From Candidatus Latescibacterota bacterium (GTDB lineage: Bacteria; Latescibacterota; UBA2968; GCA-2709665), in NCBI GenBank assembly GCA_965116875.1, contig OZ220733.1, positions 992,001-1,056,000 of the forward strand: 64,000 bases of DNA, read 5' to 3'. Shown piece after piece: positions 10,511-20,753 of this stretch (position 1 is its first letter; each line of letters starts with the position of its first letter). Position numbers and translations under genes: made by a program. The notes under the pieces are model-generated. The model worked only from the letters and a program-made list of their open reading frames with translations. It did no database searches and was not told the origin of the DNA.

Positions 10511-12913
10511 CTATACCAGGACGGCGATTTCCCCCGGCCGGATGCGCGTTTCCGTACCTTCGTGTGTGACCCGTCCCGCAGCGGCGCCCGTATTCCTCGC
10601 CCACACTGCCCCGGACTCCGCGGCGTTGATCTCCAGCGCACCGTCCGTCTCGACGTTCAGGATCGGCTCCTGCAGCCGGGCTTCGCCCGACCCGAGGTTT
10701 CGCTCGAAGGTGACGCTGTCTTCGTCAAGTCGCGTAACGCCCCCGAAGATCGGGATCCCGTTGAGTCTCGATCGTTGTGCCCTGAAAGCATACCCGCCGG
10801 CTTTTTCGCCGAAGTTCGCCACAGCCAGGTGATTGTCCGCGAGGAGGCCGACGGCGGACCGTCCCGATTCCATGACGACAAACTCAATACCGGACGTTTT
10901 TCGATGGCTGTAATCCGGGGCGATGAGCGCCGTGAGTGTGGAAATGGACTTGCCGGCGGTTACCTGGAACGGCTCGTCCATCCGGCTGAGGGTGAGGTCG
11001 TCCGCCACGGCGCGCCAGACATCGTAATGGTGCCGGTTGTGATAGACGGTTTTTCCTGTGCCCTTGTAGACGAATCCCAGGCGGCTGTCGACGTTGAGCC
11101 ATGCCGGATGATCGTAGGTCCTGACGACGTCGCTGTCCGGGTCCCTGGTGACGTAGCTCCTGAAGCGATCGGAACCGTCCGGCGTGTGAACGGTACGGTA
11201 CCCGTTGCAATTCCCTTTCAAGGCTTTGAAGTCTTCATTGACGATGCGGAGGAAACCCTGATCGACACGTGCAACGGTAATCGTCTCTCTGGCCGTGAGT
11301 CGTTCGCAGGAGAGGGAGATTCCGGACGGCAGGCCGGCGAAGAGCACTTCCTGTCGAACCGAACGCTGTGCGCGGTCCAGGATCATCGCGGCGGCAAAGC
11401 CCTCCTGGCGTTCGTCCACGCGAACCGAGACCAGGTCGTGGCTGTCGGGCCGGTCCTGAACATCGATGCCGGCCAGAAACGAACCGGACGCCGGCGCGAC
11501 CGTATAGAGGCCGTCCCTGTTCAGCGGCAGCGCCATGATGTCGTTGCGCCACGAGAGCGCGGTCTGGCCCGTGCGATGCCTCTGGAAGACGAAACCGGAA
11601 TGGGGATAGACTTTGACGCCCCTGAGGTTGCGTTCGACGCGAGTCGAGGGAGCGGGATCCGGCCCGTCGCCGAAGATCCTGTGGAATAAGTAGGTGTGGG
11701 CGGGATTGTCGATGTTGTGTTCACGAATGATCAGCGGGTCCTGGGGTCCGTGGACGATCTCGGCGATCTGCCGATCATGCATTCGCCCTCCGGCGCTTTC
11801 CGCGCGTTGTTCGAGGGTCTCAAGCCCCTGGAGCTCGAAGTACGCCGCCTCCGGGTCGTTCAGGAACACGGCGCCTGTTGCGTGGGTAAGCGTACCGGGA
11901 TCGGGCGGAAGATACGGCCAGTCCATGCCCTGCACGGGATGCATCGAACCCGTCCGGTCCGTCGTTCGTTTGAGCTCGTCGTAAATCTCCCTCCGGTTGA
12001 ACAGGGCATGGTCCGGTATCTCCGCGCCGAACGTCCCGTAGATGATGCCCAGCCGACCGGTGAATATAACGGAACTTCCGGTGTAGCTGGGATGCACCAT
12101 ACCGTGGTTCTCGGCCATATAGTCCGGAAGCGCGGTGAACGTCTGGCCGGTGAGTTCCCGAACGGTCCGACCGTCCGAAAACGGCGCGAGGTTTTTCGTA
12201 TCCTGCTGGGTTGTGGCCGTGGAGAACATCCAGCGACGGGCCGTCTCGGCCCAGGACTTCGCGTTCGGTGAATTGCTCAGGAAACACTCCACCGACGCCA
12301 GACCGCACGACGTCCAGCCGTTTTCTTCCATCTGCGTGTTGGTGTAGACCCCGCTTTTCGGCGCCATGTCCCCGAACCGCTCGGCATAGTCCTCGTGCAT
12401 GCGGGCGATCATGGTCCAGGTCTCGTCGTCCACCATATCCCCCAGCAGGAAGGCGGTCAGGCCAACGTCGGACAGATTCGTCCCGCACTGGCTCTCGGGG
12501 AAGAATCCCCTGCCGCGCTCCCCCCATTTGGTGCCCCAGGTCCTGGGGTTGCCGAGGCTCTTTTCGGGGCGGATGCAATCGGCGGGACCCGTGTCGTGGG
12601 TGTAGCAGAGGTAGCGGATCCCCTTCAGCGCGATTTCACGAAGCTCCTCCCTGGAGCATCCGGTCCGCTTCGCATCGTATTCAGGGGAATTGGCGAGCAC
12701 GGCAAAAACAAACGCCGGACCGGCCGTGTCGCTCCCGTACCAGTGCGCACCGCCGAAAAAATGCCCGCAGTTCGGCCGCCCGGGCCACTCTTCGAAATAA
12801 CTGAGGCCAATCGGCACCCAGTTTTCCAGAATGCGCTTGTAACGCCGGCTCAACGGGGTTTCCCTGGCCGGCACGGAAGTCCGGCGACGGTTCGTCAGAA
12901 TTTCGGGGCGCAT
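10511..12913 (-). CDS. Large hypothetical protein, possibly polysaccharide-lyase-like (helical toroid + beta-sandwich)
   Basis: 800-aa ORF with AGGAG RBS; ENHGMVHPSY and GMDW motifs; helical N-half and beta-rich C-half. Function is inferred only. Confidence 0.7.
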   Translation of the reverse strand: MRPEILTNRRRTSVPARETPLSRRYKRILENWVPIGLSYFEEWPGRPNCGHFFGGAHWYGSDTAGPAFVFAVLANSPEYDAKRTGCSREELREIALKGIRYLCYTHDTGPADCIRPEKSLGNPRTWGTKWGERGRGFFPESQCGTNLSDVGLTAFLLGDMVDDETWTMIARMHEDYAERFGDMAPKSGVYTNTQMEENGWTSCGLASVECFLSNSPNAKSWAETARRWMFSTATTQQDTKNLAPFSDGRTVRELTGQTFTALPDYMAENHGMVHPSYTGSSVIFTGRLGIIYGTFGAEIPDHALFNRREIYDELKRTTDRTGSMHPVQGMDWPYLPPDPGTLTHATGAVFLNDPEAAYFELQGLETLEQRAESAGGRMHDRQIAEIVHGPQDPLIIREHNIDNPAHTYLFHRIFGDGPDPAPSTRVERNLRGVKVYPHSGFVFQRHRTGQTALSWRNDIMALPLNRDGLYTVAPASGSFLAGIDVQDRPDSHDLVSVRVDERQEGFAAAMILDRAQRSVRQEVLFAGLPSGISLSCERLTARETITVARVDQGFLRIVNEDFKALKGNCNGYRTVHTPDGSDRFRSYVTRDPDSDVVRTYDHPAWLNVDSRLGFVYKGTGKTVYHNRHHYDVWRAVADDLTLSRMDEPFQVTAGKSISTLTALIAPDYSHRKTSGIEFVVMESGRSAVGLLADNHLAVANFGEKAGGYAFRAQRSRLNGIPIFGGVTRLDEDSVTFERNLGSGEARLQEPILNVETDGALEINAAESGAVWARNTGAAAGRVTHEGTETRIRPGEIAVLV

Positions 12914-12995
12914 TGATGGCTCCTTTATGATGTAGACGCACTATGGCGTGATTTTCAGCGACGGGTTGCCTTACTTCGAGATCCGGACGAGTCGA

Positions 12996-13622
12996 TTACG
13001 TCAACGTGACGTTGGGATCGTCCTCATACGCCGAATCGATCTGGACCAGGCGCTCCAGGATCAGACAGAACAATTCGAAGAGATCCTTCAATGCCTCGTT
13101 CTCTTTGATGACGCCGGCGCATTCAAAATGCAACTCATCGACACCGTCGGGAAAGTCAGTCCCGAACATGCCTTCGTCGTCTTTGATCCGGAGATGTACC
13201 TTCGGCTGTTTCTCGATCAACTCCCGTATCCTGTCATCGGCAAGCAGCAGCCTGATCTTATCCGGACTGTTGCCTTTGATCAGGAACCGATCGTCGAAAA
13301 CCTGATCCCCGACTACGATGTCCTGCATACCGAGCAACTTGCCGATTGAACTGAAGAACCCCTCATTCGAAATATCGAAATAGAGGCCATCCTTGTTGAC
13401 AAACGGCGCCCGCATCCGGGTATACTGCATTGTCATCATCGTGGCGCCCGTATAGGTTGTCTCCGTACGGGTATCGAGGACGATCTGCCACTCACCGTGG
13501 TTGTATGTAACGGCATTCTCTTCCCAGAAGCCCCCGTCGACAAATTCACCCGCCAGGTCTGACGCAATCTGCCTCCAGATTTCGTCCTTTGACGGTCCGA
13601 ATATGGATCTGCGGATACTCAT
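12996..13622 (-). CDS. DUF3137-like hypothetical protein
   Basis: FGPSKDEIWRQ...YTRMRAPF...QDIVVGDQVFDDRFLIKG pattern; GGAG RBS before ATG 13622. Confidence 0.65.
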   Translation of the reverse strand: MSIRRSIFGPSKDEIWRQIASDLAGEFVDGGFWEENAVTYNHGEWQIVLDTRTETTYTGATMMTMQYTRMRAPFVNKDGLYFDISNEGFFSSIGKLLGMQDIVVGDQVFDDRFLIKGNSPDKIRLLLADDRIRELIEKQPKVHLRIKDDEGMFGTDFPDGVDELHFECAGVIKENEALKDLFELFCLILERLVQIDSAYEDDPNVTLT

Positions 13623-13667
13623 TTTTTCTCCGGATTGCAGGATTTCCAATGCGTCGAACCGGACCGC

Positions 13668-14414
13668 CTACAACGGCTCCACCGCGAAGAGCCGGTTCTG
13701 TGACGGGAGACTGACGATTTTCGAGTAGTGGTGTACTTTCAGGTCGGAATTTGCGGGATCGACGGTTGTGGGCGCTTCGATCACAAAGTCGGCAAAGTGA
13801 GGGGTATTGAAGGCCACGAAGGCGAGGGACAGGCAGTCGACGAGCCGTTCCGGCCGTTTTGAAAGATCGGGAAAGGCGACCGGACCGGTGTCGACCTGGT
13901 AGCGGTCGTCCTCGCGGCGGGTGTTCATGGTCTTCACCGGGCATTCGATGATGGCGCTGAGTCCGGAATTGGCGTTTCGGATTTCGGTCTGCGAGACCAG
14001 CGGCGCAAAGCGGTAGGTTGCCTCGCGGACAGACGCGTTCGACGGCAATTCACGGACGCTCGCTCCCTCAGCGAGGTGGAGTTCGTACCCGCCGAACATC
14101 TCTACATACGTCCGCGTTTCCCGGTAACGGTCGCTCAGACAAACCGGACGCCGGAAGATGAGACCGTACTTCGCACTGAAAATCGGCAGGAAATCGTAGT
14201 TGTCCTGCTTGAACAGGTCCTTCCGGTGAAAGGTATTCTCGCTCTTGCAGGAAGCGGTCTGATAGAACTCCTCGCAGGTCCCCGCCCTTTCGTCCACGAC
14301 GCGGGTACGCGACTCGATCCAGAAGCGCACCTCATTGGCAGAACCCTTCCCGATGAGGAATGAGCGGCCGTAGTCCACCGGGGTCATTTCGATTCCAATT
14401 GCCCTGGTTCCCAT
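13668..14414 (-). CDS. Conserved hypothetical protein
   Basis: 248-aa ORF co-oriented with neighbours, normal composition; no family recognised. Confidence 0.65.
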   Translation of the reverse strand: MGTRAIGIEMTPVDYGRSFLIGKGSANEVRFWIESRTRVVDERAGTCEEFYQTASCKSENTFHRKDLFKQDNYDFLPIFSAKYGLIFRRPVCLSDRYRETRTYVEMFGGYELHLAEGASVRELPSNASVREATYRFAPLVSQTEIRNANSGLSAIIECPVKTMNTRREDDRYQVDTGPVAFPDLSKRPERLVDCLSLAFVAFNTPHFADFVIEAPTTVDPANSDLKVHHYSKIVSLPSQNRLFAVEPL

Positions 14415-14484
14415 GCGATCGCTCCGTTCCCGTGCGCCCGACAGACGCCCTGCGAGCAGGTATCAATACAGCATGAATTCGTTG

Positions 14485-15525
14485 TCAATCTTCGAGCGGC
14501 AGCCTGATTGCTTCACCCATGCGGGACGATCGGTACGCCGCCAGGGCGATCTCCACCGCCGCCCGGCCGTCTTCGCCGCTGACCGGAGACGGCGTGTCGT
14601 GAACGATGCAGTCGATAAAGTCCCTCACCTCGTCGGCAAACGCCTTCTGCCGCGGGTCCTCCACCTCCGCGTGGTCGTATACCGTCTCCCATTCCGACGA
14701 GCCATCGCGGACAACCCTGACTTTATTGTACGGGTCGACTTCCATCAGACCCCTGTCCCCGATGAGCTCCGCAGCGCAACTGAAACCCTTCCAGCCGGGT
14801 GGCGGGAGGGCCTCGGAGTAGACGAGGTGGGCGCTGCCGCCGTTCCGGAAGCCAATCATCACCATGTTGGACGTGACGTCGCCGGGCACCTCGGTGCGCA
14901 GCGAATAAGACCGGGCGAAGACATACTCCGCCTCGCTTTCGAACCACCAGCGCAGCCGGTCGATGTTGTGTACGCCCCACGCGATCAGGCCGCCCGGGCC
15001 GTAGAGATCCAGGTCCGTGAACCACGCCCGGCGGGGGTCGGGCCTGCGGTAGCCGGGTGTGGCCAGCGTATCCCTGCACATGAGCAGCCGCCCGATCGCG
15101 CCTTCTTCCAGAAGGCGCCTGGATATGGCGTCCCCCTCCCAGTACCGGTGGCTCTGCGCGACCATGAGTTTTCGGCCCGCCCGTTCCGCGGTGCGGATGA
15201 TGGCGTCACACTTTTCCAGCGTGATTTCCAGCGGTTTTTCCACGAGAACATGCTTGCCCGCTTCGAGAGCGGCAATGGCGTGTTCGGCGTGAAGGGCGTG
15301 GGGCGTCGTTACGACAACGGCGTGGATATCGTCCCTGGAAACGAGAGATTCCAGGCTTTCCTCATAGTCCAGGCCGTACTCGCCGGCCAGCCCGGGGCCA
15401 ACGTCGGGCAGATTGGCCGGGTCGTTCACGGCTACGGCTTCTCCCAGAGCCACGTCCTTGAGGGCATCGATATGCGTACGCCCCATTTTGCCGGCGCCGA
15501 CGATGCCAACCCGTACGCGTTCCAT
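14485..15525 (-). CDS. Gfo/Idh/MocA family oxidoreductase
   Basis: VGIVGAGKMG, TPHALH, GKHVLVEKP motifs. Confidence 0.93.
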   Translation of the reverse strand: MERVRVGIVGAGKMGRTHIDALKDVALGEAVAVNDPANLPDVGPGLAGEYGLDYEESLESLVSRDDIHAVVVTTPHALHAEHAIAALEAGKHVLVEKPLEITLEKCDAIIRTAERAGRKLMVAQSHRYWEGDAISRRLLEEGAIGRLLMCRDTLATPGYRRPDPRRAWFTDLDLYGPGGLIAWGVHNIDRLRWWFESEAEYVFARSYSLRTEVPGDVTSNMVMIGFRNGGSAHLVYSEALPPPGWKGFSCAAELIGDRGLMEVDPYNKVRVVRDGSSEWETVYDHAEVEDPRQKAFADEVRDFIDCIVHDTPSPVSGEDGRAAVEIALAAYRSSRMGEAIRLPLED

Positions 15526-15572
15526 GGTACCCTCTCAAGTGTCATGTCATGCGGTTGAGTGGACAGCGCTCA

Positions 15573-16469
15573 TCACATCAGGCGTTTGCGCTTGGCCAGG
15601 TAGTTGAAAAGCACGGTATCGAACGGCCTCTCCGTATCCAGCAGGACGTAGTCGATGAGACTTTCACGACATTCGCGGCTGAATCGGCCGGTGAGGGCCT
15701 GCATATGGTCACTGTAATCGGATGCGACATGCCAGGGTTCGGTGGTGACGGCGGCGCCGGTCTCGAGGTCCACGAATCGGGTTTCGCGACCGAATTCGAG
15801 GTCTCGCTCCCTCGGGTCAAGGATGTGGAAGACGATGACTTCGTGCTTGCGGTGGCGGAAGTGTTTCAGTCCGGAAATCAGAGAACGGGGATCGTCCATC
15901 AGATCGGACAGAACCACGATGAGGCCGCGGCGCACGATGCGCTCGGCAAGGCTGTGAAACGTCGCCGCCAGATTGGTGTCTTCTCCCTCCGGGCTGGTAT
16001 TCCGCAGCGTTTCGAGAAGGGCGTGAAGATGGGTCCCCGCGGACCTCGGCGGCAGGTAGGATTGGATGCCCCGGTCGAAGGATACCAGGCCGACGGCGTC
16101 GCGCTGGCGCAACATGAGGTACGAAAGAGCCGCAGCGGTATAGGAAGCGTACTGGAACTTGGTGACGGAATTCGAGCCATAGGCCATCGACGCGCTGGCG
16201 TCCAGCAGGATATATGCTTTGAGGTTCGTTTCTTCTTCGTATTGCTTTACGTAGAGCCTGTCGGTCTTGCCGTAGACCTTCCAGTCGACGTTGCGCGGCG
16301 GATCGCCCGGTATGTACTGGCGATATTCGGAGAATTCAACGGAGAATCCGTGGTACGGACTCTGGTGCAGGCCCGTAATGAAACCCTCCACCACAAGCCG
16401 GGCGACCAGGTCGAGGCCGGACAGACGAGCGACAACTTCGGGCTGGAGATAGGTGCGGAAGTCTGGCAT
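15573..16469 (-). CDS. DUF58 (vWA-like) protein
   Basis: GLHQSPYHGFSVEFSEYRQYIPGD, VDWKVYG, LLDASASM; downstream of MoxR. Confidence 0.93.
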   Translation of the reverse strand: MPDFRTYLQPEVVARLSGLDLVARLVVEGFITGLHQSPYHGFSVEFSEYRQYIPGDPPRNVDWKVYGKTDRLYVKQYEEETNLKAYILLDASASMAYGSNSVTKFQYASYTAAALSYLMLRQRDAVGLVSFDRGIQSYLPPRSAGTHLHALLETLRNTSPEGEDTNLAATFHSLAERIVRRGLIVVLSDLMDDPRSLISGLKHFRHRKHEVIVFHILDPRERDLEFGRETRFVDLETGAAVTTEPWHVASDYSDHMQALTGRFSRECRESLIDYVLLDTERPFDTVLFNYLAKRKRLM

Positions 16470-16489
16470 GGGCGCTGGGAATTGGGAGA

Positions 16490-17485
16490 TCAGGCCGTGT
16501 CTTCCAGAAGGCGTTGCACGAGTTCGAGCGGCGTGACCCCTTCCGCCTCGGCGTTGAAACTGGTGACGATGCGATGGCGAAGCACGGGAACGCCGACAAA
16601 CTTGACGTCGTCAACCGCGGCGGCGTACCGCCCCTCGAGGATGGCGCGCGCCTTGGCGCCCATAACGAGGAATTGAGAGGCGCGGGGACCCGCGCCCCAG
16701 TTGACCATGCGGGACACGAAATCCGGCGCGCCATCGACTCCGGGCCGGGTCCTGCGGGCGAGGCCGACCGCATAGTCGATCACATAGTCGGCCACCGGGA
16801 CCTTTCGGATGAGCTGCTGCAACTCCACAATTTCACGTGCGTCGAATACCGGTTCGACTTCCGCCGAGTAGGCGCTGGTTGTGGTGCGAACGATCTGTTT
16901 CTCCTCTTCTTCCGTGGGATAATCGATCCACAGGTTGAAAATGAACCGGTCCAGTTGAGCTTCCGGCAGCGGATACGTGCCTTCCTGCTCGATCGGGTTC
17001 TGCGTTGCAAGCACGAAAAAGGGTTCCTCGAGGCGAAACGTGTCGCCTCCCGCGGTCACTTCGTGTTCCTGCATGGCCTGCAACAGGGCGGCCTGGGTCT
17101 TTGGCGGGGTACGGTTGACCTCGTCCGCCAGAATGATGTTCGCAAAGAGCGGACCCTTTACAAAACGGAAGGTCTTGTGGCCCGTGCGCTGGTCCTCTTC
17201 GAGGACTTCAGTACCTGTAATATCCGACGGCATCAGGTCCGGCGTGAATTGAATACGGCTGAAGCTGAGGTTGAGCGCCCTGGCAAGCGTGCTGATGAGA
17301 AGCGTTTTCGCAAGCCCGGGAACCCCGACGAGAAGGCAGTGTCCGCCGCACAGGAGTGCGATGAGCAGCTGGTCCACGATCTCGTTCTGACCCACGATAA
17401 TCTTGCCGATTTCGTCCCGGATACGCGCGTGGGCGGTTTTCAGTCTTTCGACGGCTTCGAGGTCGTCTGGGGGTTGTTCGGCCAT
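16490..17485 (-). CDS. moxR: MoxR family AAA+ ATPase
   Basis: GVPGLAKT Walker A, RIQFTPDLMPSDITG, LADEVNR, ATQNPIEQEGTYPLPEAQLDRF. Confidence 0.95.
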   Translation of the reverse strand: MAEQPPDDLEAVERLKTAHARIRDEIGKIIVGQNEIVDQLLIALLCGGHCLLVGVPGLAKTLLISTLARALNLSFSRIQFTPDLMPSDITGTEVLEEDQRTGHKTFRFVKGPLFANIILADEVNRTPPKTQAALLQAMQEHEVTAGGDTFRLEEPFFVLATQNPIEQEGTYPLPEAQLDRFIFNLWIDYPTEEEEKQIVRTTTSAYSAEVEPVFDAREIVELQQLIRKVPVADYVIDYAVGLARRTRPGVDGAPDFVSRMVNWGAGPRASQFLVMGAKARAILEGRYAAAVDDVKFVGVPVLRHRIVTSFNAEAEGVTPLELVQRLLEDTA

Positions 17486-17567
17486 GGTCGGGCGATCCTT
17501 CGTGGGGTGGACGTACCGGTTTCCGTCAACGATACCGGAGGCCGTGTGCCGGCCGCCGGTGTCGCGT

Positions 17568-18926
17568 TCAGGTCTTGCGTTTCTGTTTCCTGGCTGCCGG
17601 GAACAGGATGTTATTCAGAATGAGGCGATATCCGGGAGAGTTCCTGCGCAACGCCAGTTCCGTGGGCGGATCTCCCACGAAATGGCGATAGTCTTCCGGG
17701 TCGTGTCCGGCGTAAAACGTAAACGTGCCCCGGCCGACGTTTCCGTGGATGTATTTGACCTGGTCCGTACCGCTGACCTCGCCCATAATGGTGACGGACT
17801 TCTTGATTCGGCTCCGGCGAAATGCCGTGGTCTGGCCCAGAAAACCCCGGACAACGGGCACGTGGTTCTGGGTGAGCATGGCGGGCACCGGATCGAATTT
17901 TGCCGAGAATTCAAACAGCGTGAATGCGTCTGCGTCGGGTCCGCGGAACTGTGCCCCGGTGGTTGGCGAGACGTCGATGTCCGCGTGTTCATATTCCATG
18001 GGGTCCGTGACCAGGGAAAAGTCCTCGAAGGCGATCGTCCTCGAATAATCCAATTTCGCCTGTGCGTCCGGGTCGGGCGGGTCTCCATCGTACACCGTAT
18101 CCACAATGTCTACGCCTGTCGCGGCCAGGGCAATGTCGAAGGTGTCCGTGGCGGAACACATGGCGAACACGAACCCGCCGCTGGAAATGTATTCCAGAAT
18201 GGCCCGGGCAACGGCGCGTTTCTCCACGGAGACCTTTCTGAAACCAAGGCGGTTGGCGAGGCTTTCAAACTGGGACTGCTGGCGTCGGTACCAGAGTTCG
18301 CGGCCATGGCTGCGGTAGAATTTCCCGTACTGACCGGTGAAATCTTCGTGGTGCAGATGCAGCCAGTCGTACTCGGAGAGCTTCCCCGACAGCACTTCCT
18401 CGTCCCACAGAATGTCGTAGGGAATCTCGGCGTAAGCCAGGGCCAGTGTGACGGCGTCGTCCCATGGTTGTTTGTTGGGCGGTGAATAGACTGCGATTTT
18501 CGGCGCCTTTTCAAGTCGAACAGAGCTCATGTTGCCCTGCTCGATCTCCGCATAGACTCGAACGGCTTCGGCTCCGCCGATGCGTTCGAAATCGACGTCG
18601 CGAAGTCGTCCCTCCCCGGCCGCCGATTCCACGTAGTCCATCATAAAGGCGCCGCCACGGTAGTTGAGCAGCCACTCCACCTCGATGTTATGCTGGAGCG
18701 CCCAGTAGGCGAGCCCGTAGGCCTTGAGATGATTCGCCTGCCCAAGATCCATCGGGACAAGCAGTTTGTCCGCGGCCGCGTTCGAAGAGGCTCCGAACAC
18801 GCACAGACCCAGGACCAGTGCCATGACAAGCGGGCCGGATGTCGTGCGGGGAGCGTTGTTGAAATTCAGCATCCCGCGCGGACGCGCGACGGAATCATCC
18901 CGGTACAGTCGGACCTGGACCTTCAC
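17568..18926 (-). CDS. Conserved FCB-group exported protein (family often labelled 'asparagine synthetase B')
   Basis: HLKAYG, WLLNYRGG, PWDDAVTLAL, DWLHLHHEDFTGQYGKFY, GHDPEDY, SPGYRLILNN. The true start is probably downstream of 18926. Confidence 0.8.
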   Translation of the reverse strand: MKVQVRLYRDDSVARPRGMLNFNNAPRTTSGPLVMALVLGLCVFGASSNAAADKLLVPMDLGQANHLKAYGLAYWALQHNIEVEWLLNYRGGAFMMDYVESAAGEGRLRDVDFERIGGAEAVRVYAEIEQGNMSSVRLEKAPKIAVYSPPNKQPWDDAVTLALAYAEIPYDILWDEEVLSGKLSEYDWLHLHHEDFTGQYGKFYRSHGRELWYRRQQSQFESLANRLGFRKVSVEKRAVARAILEYISSGGFVFAMCSATDTFDIALAATGVDIVDTVYDGDPPDPDAQAKLDYSRTIAFEDFSLVTDPMEYEHADIDVSPTTGAQFRGPDADAFTLFEFSAKFDPVPAMLTQNHVPVVRGFLGQTTAFRRSRIKKSVTIMGEVSGTDQVKYIHGNVGRGTFTFYAGHDPEDYRHFVGDPPTELALRRNSPGYRLILNNILFPAARKQKRKT

Positions 18927-20753
18927 CTATCCTGGCTCCTTTCGGGTGGTGTCAAGGATTCTGATCTTTTCTCGAAGCGCCCGCACCTCTTCCCGGGCCT
19001 GTGCGGCCTCAAGGCTGTGCGGATATACCGACAGGACCGATTCGTAGGTTTTCAAGGCATCCCGGTATTGTCCGAGTCTCCTGTTGTAGATCCTGCCCAT
19101 GGTCACCATTGCGCCCGGGCACAGCGGGCTCCAGGGGACGCTTGCGAGCAGCCGCCGGGACATCAGAATGGCTTCGTTGTACCTGCCAAGCGTGTCCAGA
19201 AGCGCGATCTGACGCGCCAGCGCCCGATCCAGAAGACGCGACTTCGGGTGGGTTGCCGCAAACGCACGGAACGCGGCCAGGGCGGCGTCCGGCTGCTGCC
19301 GGCGAACGAGCCTTGAAGCCGATGCGAAGGATTGCAGCACCCCGTCTTCCTCCTCATCCGCATGCTCGAGCAGGACCGATAGCCCCAGCGCATCGTTGTA
19401 CGCGAATCTGTCTGACGAACCCGACAGCAGGCTGTCGATGACGGCGCGGGCGGCGTCGACGTTGCCGGACAGAAAATGACACTCGGCAATCCCGAAACGA
19501 GCCCGGGCGGCGTCTTCCCTGCCCTGCTGTTCACGGGCGACGCGGACGTAGACCGATCGGGCTTCTGCAAGCCGGTCCGAAACGACCAGTATGTCCGCGA
19601 TCTCGAAGAGGGCGTGGTAGCGCCAGGAAGTGCGCCTCTTCGCGCCGGCGACCGTGCGGAACGCATCCAGCGCCGCCGCGGTATCCCGATAGACCCGGCG
19701 CAAGAGCAGACCCAGCCGAAAACCGGCCTCATGGGCATAGAGGGTTCGGGGAAATCTGTCAATCAGGATCCGGTAAAGGGACGCCGCCGTGTCGACCTGC
19801 GAAAGGCCTTCGCTCGCCCTCCCCAGACCCAACATCGCTTCCGGTTGACGGCCGATCGCGTTGGCGCCGGCCAGGAGTATTTCATAGGCGTCGGCCGCCG
19901 TCGCGAAACGGCCGGCCTTGAAGGCGTGGCCGGCAACGCGGAACAGGTGCGCCACGTGATGCGGGCCGATGCGTGGAAACGTCGCAAAGACTCGCACCAC
20001 CCGTTCCTCGAGATCTGCCGCCAGTGCGTACTCCGTGAACAGCCTCAGGGCAATCTCGTCGCCCGGATGGTCCCGGGCCTCCCGGCTGAGCGTGGCGAGA
20101 ATCCGGTCCTGCTGGTCGCCCTCCCGCGCGAAGTGCCTGAAGCGCATCTCGACCTGCCCGAGCGATTGCGGCTGTTGGCGGACGAAGACCAGGTACTCTG
20201 CCACGGCATCAGGATACCGTTCGAGCCGTTCGGCGATTTCAGCCATCTGACCGGCGAACAGATGCGGGTTCTTCAGGACGTCGCGTCCCCGCCGGCAAAC
20301 GGACAGCGCCCGCGAAGGCAGGTTGTATCTGAGGAAGTTGCGCGCGACACGCTCGATCGTCCCCGTGTCGGCGGCGCCCGCCGCGATACGGTTCCAGTGT
20401 GCAATCGCTTCGTTCAGATTGCCCGTTTCGGATTGAATATCCGCCAGCCGGAATCGGACAGTCGAGTCCCGCGGCCTTTCCTGAAGATGGGACTCCAGGA
20501 GGCGAACGGCTTCACTGCGACGCCCCGTGCGGTAGAGGATGGACTCTACACGAAGGAGGATGTCAGCACGGTACGGATACCTCTTCAGAAGCTTCCGATA
20601 GAGTCGCAAAGCTTCTCTCAAGTCACCGGAGGCTTCCTTCGCGCTGGCCTGGCGGAGAGTTTCCCGTGCAGTGGCGGCGGGCAGATCCGGCGGAGCGAGC
20701 AGGAGAAGGATCAGAATTACGAGGGCGGTATATGATGGGAGCCAAATCTTCAT
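18927..20753 (-). CDS. Tetratricopeptide-repeat protein with signal peptide
   Basis: Hydrophobic N-terminus and many TPR-like helical repeats ending in F/Y-P motifs. Confidence 0.85.
   Translation of the reverse strand: MKIWLPSYTALVILILLLLAPPDLPAATARETLRQASAKEASGDLREALRLYRKLLKRYPYRADILLRVESILYRTGRRSEAVRLLESHLQERPRDSTVRFRLADIQSETGNLNEAIAHWNRIAAGAADTGTIERVARNFLRYNLPSRALSVCRRGRDVLKNPHLFAGQMAEIAERLERYPDAVAEYLVFVRQQPQSLGQVEMRFRHFAREGDQQDRILATLSREARDHPGDEIALRLFTEYALAADLEERVVRVFATFPRIGPHHVAHLFRVAGHAFKAGRFATAADAYEILLAGANAIGRQPEAMLGLGRASEGLSQVDTAASLYRILIDRFPRTLYAHEAGFRLGLLLRRVYRDTAAALDAFRTVAGAKRRTSWRYHALFEIADILVVSDRLAEARSVYVRVAREQQGREDAARARFGIAECHFLSGNVDAARAVIDSLLSGSSDRFAYNDALGLSVLLEHADEEEDGVLQSFASASRLVRRQQPDAALAAFRAFAATHPKSRLLDRALARQIALLDTLGRYNEAILMSRRLLASVPWSPLCPGAMVTMGRIYNRRLGQYRDALKTYESVLSVYPHSLEAAQAREEVRALREKIRILDTTRKEPG

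Noticed and set aside
17568-18926. asnB assignment
   Set aside because: No N-terminal Cys glutaminase domain or SGGLDS motif; the protein has a signal-like segment.
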